Shown here piece by piece: positions 27,860 through 40,380 of a DNA stretch of 64,000 nucleotides. Made by a program: the position numbers and the translations under genes. Numbering within the stretch: the first letter of the stretch is position 1; every line of letters starts with the position of its first letter. The notes beneath the pieces are model-generated. The model did not search any database and had not been told where the DNA came from. It saw only the letters and a list, made by a program, of their open reading frames with translations. The stretch comes from the human T2T-CHM13v2.0 reference genome, Homo sapiens. The stretch lies in NCBI RefSeq assembly GCF_009914755.1, contig NC_060930.1. One strand, written 5' to 3'.

Positions 27860-27965
27860 AATTTATTGGTTCATTCAGCAAATAATTGTGAAAGCCATCT
27901 AAAAATTAGGTACTATCTTAATTACTGGGAATATCATGATGAAAAAGACAGACAAGGTCTTAGGG
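27860..27965 (-). mobile_element. L2 3' end fragment
   Basis: TTCATTCAGCAAATAATTGTGA...CTGGGAATAT...GAAAAAGACAGACAAGGTC. Confidence 0.55.
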
Positions 27966-28204
27966 CACATGACTGAATGTTGGACTAAAATGGTAATGAA
28001 GTGTCCCAAATCGTGCAATTACAGAAAATAAGAGTGGAAATGTGATATGTACATCACTGATCTCTCACTGCATAGTGAAGTTGAGACTGATTATATGACC
28101 TTAAAAACTGTAAAAGCACAATGAAGTAATTGACATTATACACTTTCAAAAATAGAGCTATTTTTAATAGAATTACATAATCTTCATGTTGCAACAAATT
28201 CTGG

Positions 28205-31200
28205 AAAATGTTCTGGAAAGTCTCAGCAATAGCATCAAACAAGGAGAAGAAAGATCTTCAGAGCTCGAAGAAAAAGTTTTTGAATTAACCCAGTCCAACA
28301 AAGACAAAGAGAAAGAAAAAGAAAAAAATGAACAAAGCCTCCAAGAAGTTTGAGATTATGTCAAATGAACAAACCTAAGAATAATTGGCATTCCTGTGGA
28401 AGAAAAGAAATCTAAAAGTTTAGAAAACCTATTTTGGGGAATAATCAAGGAAAACTTCTCTGGCCTTGTTAGAGACCTAGACATCTAAATACAAGAAGCT
28501 CAAAGAAGACCTGGGAAATTCATCTTCAAAAGATGATCTCCTAGGCACATTATCATCAGGTTATCTAAAGTTAAGATGAAGGAAATAACCTTAAGAGCTG
28601 TGGGGCAAAAGTACCAGGTAACCTATAAAGGAATACCTATCAGATTAACAGCAGATTTCTCAGCAGAAACCTTACAAGCTAGAAACGACTGGGGCCCTAT
28701 CTTCAGCCTTTTTAAACAAAACAATTATCAGCCAAGAATTTTGTATTCAGTGAAGCTAAGCTACATAAATAAAGGAAAGATACAGTCTTTTTCAGAGAAA
28801 TGCTAAGAGAATTTGCCACTTCCAAGGCAGCACTACAAGAACTGCTAAAAGGAGCTCTAAATCTTGAAATAAATCCTGGAAACCCATCAAAACAGAACCT
28901 CTTTAAAGCATAAATCTCACAAGACCTATACAACAAAAATAAAATAAAAAAACAAGGTATACAGGCAACAAATAGCACAATAAATGTAATAATAGTACTT
29001 CACATCTCAATACTAATATAGAATGTAAATGACCTAAATGCTCCACTTAAAAGACACAGAATTGCAGAATGGATAAGAATTCACCAACCATCTGCTGCCT
29101 TCAAGAGACTCATCTAACACATAAGGACTCACATAAACTTTAAAGGTAAAGAGGTGGAAAAAGACATTCCATGCAAATGGACACCAAAAGTGAGCAGGAG
29201 TAGCTATTCTTATATCAGATAAAACAAACTTTAAAGCAACAGCAATTCAAAAAGACAAAGAGGAACACTAATGAGAAAAGGCCTTGTCCAACAGGAAAAT
29301 ATCACAATCCTAAATATTTATGCACCTAACACTGAACCTCCCAAATTTATAAAACAATTACACCTAGACCTAAGAAACGAGATAGACAGCAACACAATAA
29401 TAGTGGAAGATTTCAATACTCCACTCATAGCACTAGGCAGGTCACCTAGACAGAAAGTCAACAGAGAAACAATGGCTTTAAACTATACCCTGGAATGAAT
29501 AAACTTAACAAATATTTACAGAACATTCTACCCAACAAATGCAGAATATACGTTCTATTCATCAACCTATGGAACTTTCTCCAAGATAGACCATATGATA
29601 GGCCACAAAACAAGTCTCAATAAATTTAAGAAAATGGAAATTATATCAAACACTCTTTCAGATCACAGTGGAATAAAACTGGAAATCAACTCCAAAAGGG
29701 ACCTTCAGAACCATGCAAATACATGGAAATTAAATAACCTGCTTCTATCATTGGGTGAACAATGAAATCACACTGAAACTTTAAAAACTCTTCAAACTGA
29801 ACAAAAATACTGACACAACCTATCAAAACCTCTGGAATACAGCAAAGGTGGTCCAAAGAGGAAAGTTCAACGCCTTAAATACCTCCATCAAAAAGTCTGA
29901 ATGAGCACGAATAGACAATCTAAGGTCACACCTGAAGAAACTAGAGAAACAAGAACAAACCAAACCCAAACCCAGCAGCAGAAAGAAAATAACAAAGATC
30001 AGAGCAGAACTAAATCAAATTGAAACAAACAAACAAACAAAATACAAAAGATAAATGACACAAAAAGCTGGTTCTTTGAAAAGATAAATAAAATTGACAG
30101 ACAATTAGCAAAATTAACCAAAAATAGAAGAGAGAAATTCCAAATGAGCACAATTAGGAAGAAATGGGAGATATTGCAACTGACAACACAGAAATACAAA
30201 AGATTACTCCAGGCTACTATGAACACTTTATGCACATAAACTAGAAAACCTAGAGGAGATGAATAAATTCCTGGAAAGATACAACCTTTCTAGCTTAAAT
30301 CAGGAAGAATTAGATAAGCTGAACAGACCAATAACAAGCAGCCAGATTGAAATGGTAATTTAAAAATTACCAACAACAAACAAAAAGTCCAGGACCAGAC
30401 AATTTCGAAGCTGAATTCCACTAGACATTCAAAGAAGAATTGGTACCAATCCTATTGACATTATTCCACAGAATAGAGAAAAAGGGAATCCTCCCTAAAT
30501 TATTCTATGAAGCCAGTATCACCATACTATGAGCAGCAGGAAAAGATATAACCAAAAAAGAAAACTACAGACTAATATCCCTGATGAATATAGATGCAGA
30601 AATCCTTAACAAAATGCTAGCTAACAAAATCCAACAACATATCAAAAAGATAATCCACCATGATCAAGTGGGTTTCATACCAGTGGTGCAGGGATGGATT
30701 AACACACACAAGTCAATAAATGTGATACACCACATAAACAGCATTAAAAACAAAAATCACATGGATCATCTCAATAGATGCAGAAAAAGCATTGGACAAA
30801 ATCCAGTATTCCATTATGATTAAAACTCTCAGCAAAATCAGCATACAAGGGACATACCTCAATGTAATAAAACTATCTATGACAAACCCACAGCCAACAT
30901 AATACTGAATTGGAAAAAAGTTGACAGCATTATCCTGAGAACTAGAAAAAGACTAGGATGCCCACTCTCACCACTCCTCTTCAACATAGTACTGGGAGTC
31001 CTAGACAAAGCAATCAGACAAGAGAAAGAAATAAAGAGCATCTAAATGAGTAAAGTTGAAGTCAAACTGTCCCTGTTTGCTGATGATGTGATTGTATACC
31101 TTGAAAACCCTAAAGACTCCTCCAAAAAGCTCCTAGAACTGGCAAAAGAATTCAGCAAAGTTTCTGGATGCAAAATTAATGTACACAAATCAGTAGCTCT

Positions 31201-31735
31201 TCTATACACCAACAGTGACCAAACTGAGAATCAAATCAAGAACTCAAATTCTTTTACGATAGCAGCAAAATAAATAAACAAATAAAATACTTAGGAATAT
31301 ACGTAACCAAGGATATGAAAGACCTCTGCAAGGAAAACTACAAAACACTACTGAAAGAAATCATAGACCATACAAACAAATAGAAACACATCCCATGCTC
31401 ATGAATGGGTAGAATCAATATTGTGAAAATGACCATACTGCCAAAAGCAATCTTCAAATTCAATGCAATTCTTATCAAAATGTCACCATCATTCTTCACA
31501 AAACTAGAATAAAAATCCTAAAATTCATCTGGAACCAAAAAAGAACCCACATAGGCAAAGCAACAGTAAGCAAAATGAATAAATCTGGAGGCATCACATT
31601 ACCTGATTTCAAACTATACTGTAAGGCCATAGTCACCAAAGCAGCATGGTACTGGTATGTAAATAGGCAAATAGACCAATGGAAGAGAATAGAGAATCTA
31701 GAAATAAACCCGAATACTTACAGCCAACTGATCTT
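28205..31735 (+). mobile_element. L1PB-type internal fragment (part of ORF1 and about 70% of ORF2), many stops, no 3' end
   Basis: ORF1 (QVTYKGIPIRLTADFSAETLQAR), EN (ITILNIYAPNT, EDFNTPL), RT ([13 protein letters not shown]). Confidence 0.93.
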
Positions 31736-32159
31736 TTTTGCTATTAGATAATAAATTTATTTATAAGGCAGGGATCATAAAAAGGCTTTGCTTTAAACAC
31801 AACTGAAAAGAAATTTGAGGCAGTATGAAAACAAATTTTTGATGAAAAATCACTCAGAGTTTTTTTAATATGACTTAGAAGTTAAAGATTTGTGTGACAT
31901 TGCTCCTCACGTTCCTGTCAGTTATTTCTTTCCAATTTGGGGATCATATTCTAGTTTCTCTTTCTACTTTAACAATTTTTACCTGATGCCTTTCTAGTTT
32001 AGATATTGATTCACAAGTAAAATCCATCATTTGCTCCATATTTTTAAAAATTTTCTAGTAGTAATTTGTTACAGTTGTAAATTTTATTTCAGTATTTGGA
32101 TATATAGCACTTCACATGGTTCATAATTTAAAATAATTAAAACTTATTCATGGAGTATG

Positions 32160-32560
32160 ATTAAAATATATCAACAGGTTTTCAAACATTGAACCATCTC
32201 AACTTTCTGGGACCAAATTCCACAAAATCATGATATATGATTATTTTAACACACTGCTCTATTCCATTTGCATGTAATTTATTTTAGGGATTTTTAATAT
32301 ATATTATGTGAGTGAGATTTTTATTATGGTGCAATATTTATAGTAACCATTTAGTACATTTATTTCTGTATTCTATGGAAATCAAGCTGTCATCTTCAGA
32401 TTTTGTTTCATTTTGAATTTATTTAATGAGATATCACTTAGATATATTAAAAGTCACCATTTAAAGTGTTCAGTAAGTGATATTTTGTAAATACATGGTC
32501 TTATAATTACACTAACATTCATGATATAGAACATTTCAATATTACAAAAGTTCTTCAATC
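32160..32560 (-). mobile_element. Old L1M fragments
   Basis: Degenerate ORF2 and L1M 3'UTR reverse-complement motifs. Confidence 0.5.
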
Positions 32561-32565
32561 ACAAA

Positions 32566-32628
32566 TATCACGCCAAGGCACTCTAGCTTGGGTGATAGGA
32601 GGGAACTTTTCAAATAAATAAATAAAAG
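32566..32628 (+). mobile_element. Alu 3'-terminal fragment
   Basis: ATCACGCCAAGGCACTCTAGCTTGGGTGATAG followed by (TAAA)n. Confidence 0.6.
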
Positions 32629-33259
32629 AAAGCAGAAAGCATTTGGGATAAAACAGAAAACAAACAACAAAAACAATGACATATACAAGGAAACCACAAG
32701 CTATTCATGCTTACTGGATGCTAACTTTTAAGCATGAATTAATTACAGGTGAATCTACAGAGGAAAGCAGGAGCTGCCCAGTAACAGGGTTTAGATGTCA
32801 TGTTACAATGGTGGATGATTTTTGATGGTTTTCAGCAAAAAAATGATCATTCTGAAACTTCTCATATCTGCAACTTTCATGGAAATTCTCAAGAAACTTT
32901 ATTCTATAGTTCTGAATCATTCTGTTTGTGGACAATTGTATATAATAACTGCATTTACATTCCAAAATGTATAACTCCTTATTTTACTAGTTTACCAAAT
33001 TTTTTTATTTTTCACTTTTGCTTTTTGTATGTTAATTTGTTTCTCTATTGTACTGGAAGCCTATGCCTGCAACACCAAACTTTCTTCCAAGATAATACTA
33101 CTTTCAAACCAGGAAAGTTTATAGCATTTCCATTTTATTATGTAACCATAGTGAACCATAATGAATCTTTCTATCTTTAATGTATAACTTAGCTTTCTAA
33201 ATTGTAAATAAATAACCAGTATTCACATTGTTACATTTTTAAATAGTACATTGTTTATA

Positions 33260-33267
<8 letters not shown>

Positions 33268-33313
<46 letters not shown>
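33268..33313. repeat. (TA)23 microsatellite
   Basis: Direct reading. Confidence 0.95.
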
Positions 33314-33315
<2 letters not shown>

Positions 33316-33561
33316 GTGTGCATACAAACATACAGTATTCATTTTAGACTTTAGGAAATGAGCAATATAGCCAATTTTTATTAGATATTTTTCTTAAAAA
33401 ATATACCTAAGAAAAACTGATAGAATAAGGGGAATTAATTAGATCAGAAAGGTGATGGTTTACAATAAATTTATAAGTAACATGAAAATGCCTCTTCTTA
33501 TTCTTGTCAAAATTATCTATTATTTTTATTACCTCATTTGTAATAAAGAATTTGTTTTATG

Positions 33562-33880
<319 letters not shown>

Positions 33881-34059
33881 ATACTTTATTTATTTATTTT
33901 TTCTCAGAGCCCTTGGCTTATCTTTAATTTGGACCTCATGCTATCTGTGCCTGTTTCACATGTGCTTGTATTCCACAACTTGGTTTGGTTAAAGATGTTT
34001 ATGTATCACAGTTCTTTAAGCTCCTTGAGGTTTTTCATTTTCAAATTTGTCACAATTCT

Positions 34060-34520
34060 ATTTCGCTATCTCTATATTAAAAGTTATTACAAACCTAACA
34101 ACTCAGAAAAATAGCCATTCCAATATATATCACAGATTCTGTGGGTCATCAATTTGCACAGGGCTCAGCTAAGCAATTCTTCTGTTCCTTATGTCACAGA
34201 AAGAGATCACGTAGTGGCACTCAGCTAGTGGATGAGCTGGTCTGAACATCCAAGAGGACTTCACTCACATGACTGGAAATGAAAAGAAGGCTGAGCTTAG
34301 CTAGTCTGCTGACTAGCATGCTGTCTCAGGATAAACTGACATTATACATGGAAGTTGACTCTTTCCCGAGTGAGATACCAAGTAACCCAGGTGGAAACAT
34401 TTATGAGAAGTCATCTTGCCTCAAACCTGCCATACTTAATTGGTTGAAGCAGTCACAAACCCTCTGAGTTTTAACAAAATACATCTAGATTTTAGAAATC
34501 AATGGAAAGCGTATGAGACT
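34060..34520 (-). mobile_element. Old MLT1 (J/K/L-like) LTR
   Basis: GATTCTGTGGGTCA..AATTTG..CAGGGCTCAGCT..GCAATTCTTCTG; CTTCACTCACATG. Confidence 0.65.
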
Positions 34521-36469
34521 GCTTTGTAAAAAATAATACTGTTTTGACAAAAACGTATATGAAGTTTAGCAATCTTTCTCATTTCAGATTCTTCTTTCTA
34601 TTAAAATTAAATATTTTATATTATATATAATATTAAATATAAAATATTAAATATTTTTTGTTTTCTATTATACTATTATTTCAATTATTGTGTTTTACGG
34701 CAATTTTATAAAATAATTTATAGAAATATTAAACTGTACTTTTGGGGCATATGGACATAAAGAGATATCTATAATTATGTTTCCCCAAACCAGAGGACAT
34801 ATTCCCTCTGATATTCCTAATCCATAGAAATTTTAAAAAACCAATATTTTTTGTCTATTTGTATGTATATTAGTAGACACACGGACATCCATTGTATGTG
34901 GTGCTAAAGGCATAAAAGGCAAAAAGTCATTCTCTTCCTCTGTGAACTTACATGTGACTTGTAAAAACAACTCTTAAATTCCCATCTGAAGAAAAGTAAC
35001 CTCTATATCCAGGAAGGATTCATACTTAAGGAGAAGTAAGAGGGATGTTATAAGATCATTTTATGATCACTGAATAATTCCCACTGAAAAGACTTTTATG
35101 AAAACTGTTTTCTCCCTTTAAGCAACAGAATCTTTTATCAAAAAATTAGTGAAAAGTTAATATGGCAAAGATTGGAAGAAAAAAAATTACATTTTTATAT
35201 TTACATTCATGCTGAAACATTTTATGGAAAAGATATTTTAGAGTTTCTGAGTGAGAGACTTGCTACAAAGAAAGAATAGTGTATAAATAGGAGAAGTGAA
35301 GAAGATATCAGACAACCTTTGCAAACTCTATTTTGCTTGGAGTCCATGTTGAAAAAGAAAACAGGTAGAGTTGCTAACTTTACGATTCAGACAAAAGTTA
35401 CAAAAGAAGTTTTGGAAGGAGGAAATCAGTGTGAATCAAGCTGTCAGGGAAAAATAAGTCTTGTACTTACATAAACACCTTTCAGCATTGCCTTAAAAAA
35501 TAAAAGAAAGGTCTAGGTGAGCAAAATTGTTTGATTTCCATAAAAAAGAAAATCCCTAGAAAATGTACATTAACCAAAACAATAGATAAGAACAATTAAA
35601 AATGTTTTTTCATGTTTATTCTGCAATAGTTTGTGTATTTCTTACAATTTTTAAAAAGCTGAAAAAAACAGTTATGACTGCATTTTCAGGATTGTCAGGG
35701 GAATTTTTTAGGCAGTACGTATTTTATTATTTTGATTAATAAACTAAATTATTCATTCTTCAACATATGTCATTTATTCTTAGAGAAAATAGCTGATACA
35801 AAATGTCAAGAAAGTGAATTCATTATATAATCATATATTTTATAGGCTTTTAAATATTAATCTTATTAATTTTTACCTCTAGATCAATTTCATTTCTGAA
35901 ATATATTCATATAAAAATAATTGCTGAAAACACAGAATTCTAACTTTAATCTAGCTCCTGATTTTATGCAGCATATTAAATTGTATTCAGGTATTATTTC
36001 CCTTAATGTAAGGCAAATGTCAGAAGAATTTAATCAAAATTCTGGAATATATTTTGATGTTATATGATTGCACTTGATTTATTATTTTGTGGAAAGATTA
36101 TAAAACAGTCACTTGTCATTTATTCATTTACCTATGATGTAATTTTCACTTTTTAAAATGAGATTAGTATTGAGCATTAATTACATTTGCATTTAGGAAA
36201 AATATGTGACTTTAAAATGTTCATACCCTCTGATCCATCAAATTTTCTTACTGAACTTATTCTAATACATGCACTCATTTGAAAGATTTTTTTCATGTAT
36301 TATATGTAATAATGTGAAGCTTAACTCCAATAAACACTGAATAAAGTTGTACTATTTAAAATACTTAAATAATATTTAAAAGCCATGCGAAATCTCCAGA
36401 ATATAAAGTTTAATTTAAAAAAAAACTACATATAATGATACCTCTTTTAAATAAACTTTATTTATATTT

Positions 36470-37670
36470 TCCACAAATATATAGCTAATGCTTTATGTTA
36501 CATGATGCTTCCATGAGCCAAAGATCTCTGTCTCTGTGGAATTTACATTCTGGTTAGGAGGAAAAACATGAAAAAGTAGGGTAGGAAAGGAACACTGAAA
36601 AGGTTGCAGATTTAAGTAAGTGTGGTCAATGTAGTCTGCAATGAGATGATATTAAAGTAAAGCTTTGATGGAGGTGAGAGATTTAAGTAAGAGGTTTGCT
36701 AGGAAAAGAATTAGGGATAGAGGTAGTAGCTACAGTAAAGGCTTGCTTGCCTGGCCTGTTTGAAGAACACTCAATGAAGTTAATGTGCAGTTGAGAGACA
36801 AGAATATTAGTAGAACAAGATGAGTCAGGGAAGTTGCAGAGGACCACATAATATCACACTGATCCTGGGTGAGATGGATTTTACCCTGAGTAAGATGGAC
36901 AATGATTTCAAAAGCTGGAACTGAGGACTGAGGTGATCTTATCTTTTGAAAGCATCAACTGGCTGCTCTTGAAAGTAAGAAAGATTAGAATCAGGGAGCA
37001 GAACTATGAGGCTACATCAGTAATCCAGGCAAAGGATGATGAAGGCTCCAAATAAAAGGGTAGCTAGGGTAGGAGTAGGGATGAGATAATGAGAAATGGC
37101 CTGTTTCTGTCAAAATTTTGGTTAAAGAACCAACAGGGTTTCCTGAGGAATCAGATGCAGGTATAAAAATAAGAGAGGAGGATTAAGGATGACTCCAAAT
37201 TTTTCAAACTGAAAAAATTAAGTTATCATTAACAAAGATGGAGAAGACTGTGGAGCAAGTTTTGAAGGAAAGAAATTTTATTTTCAGATATGGAGTGTGA
37301 ATGTCAGTTAAATATTGAAACAGAGACATGTAGATCAGGAGCAATGTCAGGGCTGGGGATATAACTTGCAGAGTTGTTGGCATATATGTGTTATTCAAAA
37401 TCATGAGACTGAATGAAGTTACCCAGGGAAGGACTTGAGATAAAGAAGAGGATTTAGAATTTGGGGAAGATGAAGGACCAGCAAAGGAGGCTGAGAATGA
37501 GTAACATATAATTTAGATGAAAGAAATAATAAAATATAGTGTCTAAAAAGACACGAAAGAAAAAATATCAAGGAGGAGAAAGTGATAGGTGATGAGCTGT
37601 TTCAAAGCTGAGGCTAGGACAAGAAACCAGTAAAGTGGTTATTAGTGATCTTGAAGTAAGCGGTTTCACA
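36470..37670 (-). mobile_element. L2 (about 1.2 kb)
   Basis: Purine-rich L2 reverse-complement motifs (GTAATCCAGGCAAAGGATGATG; AAGGATGACTCCAA; CATGAGACTGAATGA). Confidence 0.8.
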
Positions 37671-37749
37671 TACTCTATATACTTTCTAGAATCATAAGTG
37701 ATAGATCCATTGCAATTTTGATTTTTTAAAGTGCATCCAATGTGTTATA

Positions 37750-38165
37750 CTCAGCTTGTCAGAGTTTATTTCACAAAAAACCACCTAAAATTTAGTGACT
37801 TAAAGCAACAACTATATATGTAGCTCAAGTTTCTGTGGGTTGGCAACTTGGTCTGACTCAACTGGATGATTCTTCTACTTGTCTTGTTTGGCTCCACTCA
37901 TGAGTCCACTGTCAGCTCCCAGGACAGCTGGGGTTGGCTAGTTGGAGCAGGTGGTAGCATTGCTCCACCTAAATAACTTATCTGTGTTCCACATGTTCTC
38001 TAATCCTCTAGTAGACTGCTCTGGGCTTAGTCACACATCATTACAGAGTCTCAAGAAGAAAGAAGGAAGGTCCAAGCCTTCTTGAGGCCTAGGTTCATAG
38101 CACACGTAACCATATTAGTCCAATGCCAAACTAAATTCAAGGGATGTAATTTGAGAAACGGTGGC
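37750..38165 (-). mobile_element. Old MLT1 (I/J-like) LTR
   Basis: AAACCACCTAAAATTTAGTGACTTAAAGCAACA ... TCTGTGGGTTGGCAA. Confidence 0.7.
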
Positions 38166-38454
38166 AAATTTAATATTGGATACATTGAAATTTAAGATTC
38201 TTGGAGACTTAAGTAGATGTTTCCGGGATATAATTTGATATTTATGTTAATACAAACATCAAGGCTATGATCTGGCTATGATCATATCTTCAACCTGGAG
38301 ACACCATCTGAATCTGAGATCAGATGAATTTAATAAGAAGAATGTGGAAAGGGACAAAAATAATTAATAAACTTTGAAGTCTGCAGATATTTAAAGGGCT
38401 GGTTAAAAAAAGAGGAATAATAATGGCAACTCTAAAGCAGCAATTACAACTGTT

Positions 38455-38572
38455 GAACTTAAACTAAAGCATGAAGACCTTGTCACACATCACACAACTA
38501 GTAAATAGCTAAGTATGATTAAAACACAGATCTGTCTGCCTTCTAAACCCATGCTCTTTACAAACCACTGCT
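38455..38572 (-). mobile_element. MIR fragment
   Basis: TCACACAACTAGTAAATAG...CAGATCTGTCTGCCTTCTAAACCCATGCTCTTTA. Confidence 0.65.
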
Positions 38573-39304
38573 TTTGTGGGCTATGTTCTTTATAGGACAA
38601 AAAATGGAAAACAAACAAACAAAAAAATCTTTACTATAATTTGTATACACCAGAGAGCTTGCAATTTCATCTTCACTAATGGCCATTTAAAATACTGGTG
38701 AAAATAGTTTAGGGTACTAATTTTGCTCAGGACCATATACAAATAATTGAACTGCTAAGAATAACTCCTAAATAAAAGATTTTTGTTACTAATCACCCAG
38801 TTCTAAACAGTTCTAAAATTTTTGAACTTAGTATTAGATATTAATAGAATAGTTGCTTACTGTGTCCCCTCTTCTCATAGAATTTATACTTTGTCGAGAG
38901 CATGGGTATAAGTCTCTGGTATCTGAGTAAGAGTGTGTTGTAGATAAAAATGACTGCAAATAAGTAAAGGTTGAAGCTCTACTCTTTAATGAATGTATTT
39001 TTGAAGCCTTTACACATCTATACTCTGGTCAACAGAATAGTTGAATAAGTACCTTATTTTTCTTAATGCAATTTTGTTAAAACCATCTTTTCTTGATTCC
39101 CTACCAAACTGAATTCTACCAGTATTCCTCTTTGGGGAGTGATCCAGGTGATATGATGGCTGAGGTTGCTGATGTACATTAATTTAATTTTAATAGTTTT
39201 TATTGGCATTGTTTCCTAAAATGGTACTTTATCCCACAGTCAGTCTAAAACCGTGGCTCCTTTCTGATCATCTGCAGACTGACTATGGATAGATTACTCT
39301 CACC

Positions 39305-39470
39305 AAAGAGGTTTCCAAAACTGACTTCACATTGCAAATAATTGAGAAATTTGAAAATGCCCATACAATGGTCTTATTACTAAATGTTCTGTGATTGTGT
39401 AAATGCATCCATATTTTTTCAAAATTTCTCCACATGATCTTAAGGTGTAACCACAGTTGAACACCAACAT
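39305..39470. mobile_element. MER5-like MITE
   Basis: GGTTTCCAAAACT start; CATGATCTTAAGGTGTAACCACAGTTGAACACCA end. Confidence 0.5.
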
Positions 39471-40380
39471 CTTGCCTGATATACAGTAAAAGTTTGGATT
39501 GTGTTACTGTCTTATGTATTAAAATAAATATATGCTAACAAGTTACACAAAAATTTATTGTAAGTTGTCTCCGTAAATTTAGTAACAAAATGATTTAATT
39601 TCTCTAGAAAGGGCCTTTGAAAAAAGCCTTAAACAACTGTAAAGTATCAAAATTATTTTAATCAAGGGGGTACTTTGGAAGAATTAACCCTTCAAAGAGA
39701 TTTTCAACTATTTTAAATAATGTCTTTAATTTTATTCTTAAAACTGATCACATATTACTAAAATGAAACTAAAGAATATTATCCCAGACTATGATCCCTT
39801 TTGTGAAATTTAAAGATCCAAACATTGCCTGAGGATGCTCGTGAGAAGTGCAATATTCAATAATCACTCCAATTCACCAAACAGCCTAGGCTTTGGTGAA
39901 GCAGAATGTTTGTTACTGTGTTTACCAACATTTTAAATTTTTATGTCAAACAAAATAGGGCAAACATTTTTTCACTATTTAAGTCTTAGAAACTGGATGG
40001 CTGACATGAAACCTGCCAGTCTGCCTGTCTGAAAGTATGTTAGGGAGGAGACTGTCTTAAGTGAAATCTCCAACAGTTTTCTTACCACATATATTTAAGA
40101 GAAAGGAAACATTGTCTAGCAAGTTTCCACATTCTTTATGGAATCCTTGAAGATTCGCCAAAAGCAGAATGAGTATAATCAGATGAAACTGGATATTCCA
40201 AACAACATTTAATTGTGTAAAAAAATTCTGATCTATCCTCTCAACATATTCTATAAAAAGTCAGAGGAGAAAAATATGTCTCAGAAATCATTTTCCTGAT
40301 TGGGATTTAAACAGATTTCTCTAGGTTTTACCTGGCACATTGCATACATGATGTTATCAATGCACTAGAATGTAAGAGAC

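Noticed and set aside
32800-33180. 126-aa plus-strand ORF and similar F/L/I-rich ORFs in AT-rich DNA
   Set aside because: Low-complexity composition typical of T-rich non-coding sequence; no recognisable domain or splice context
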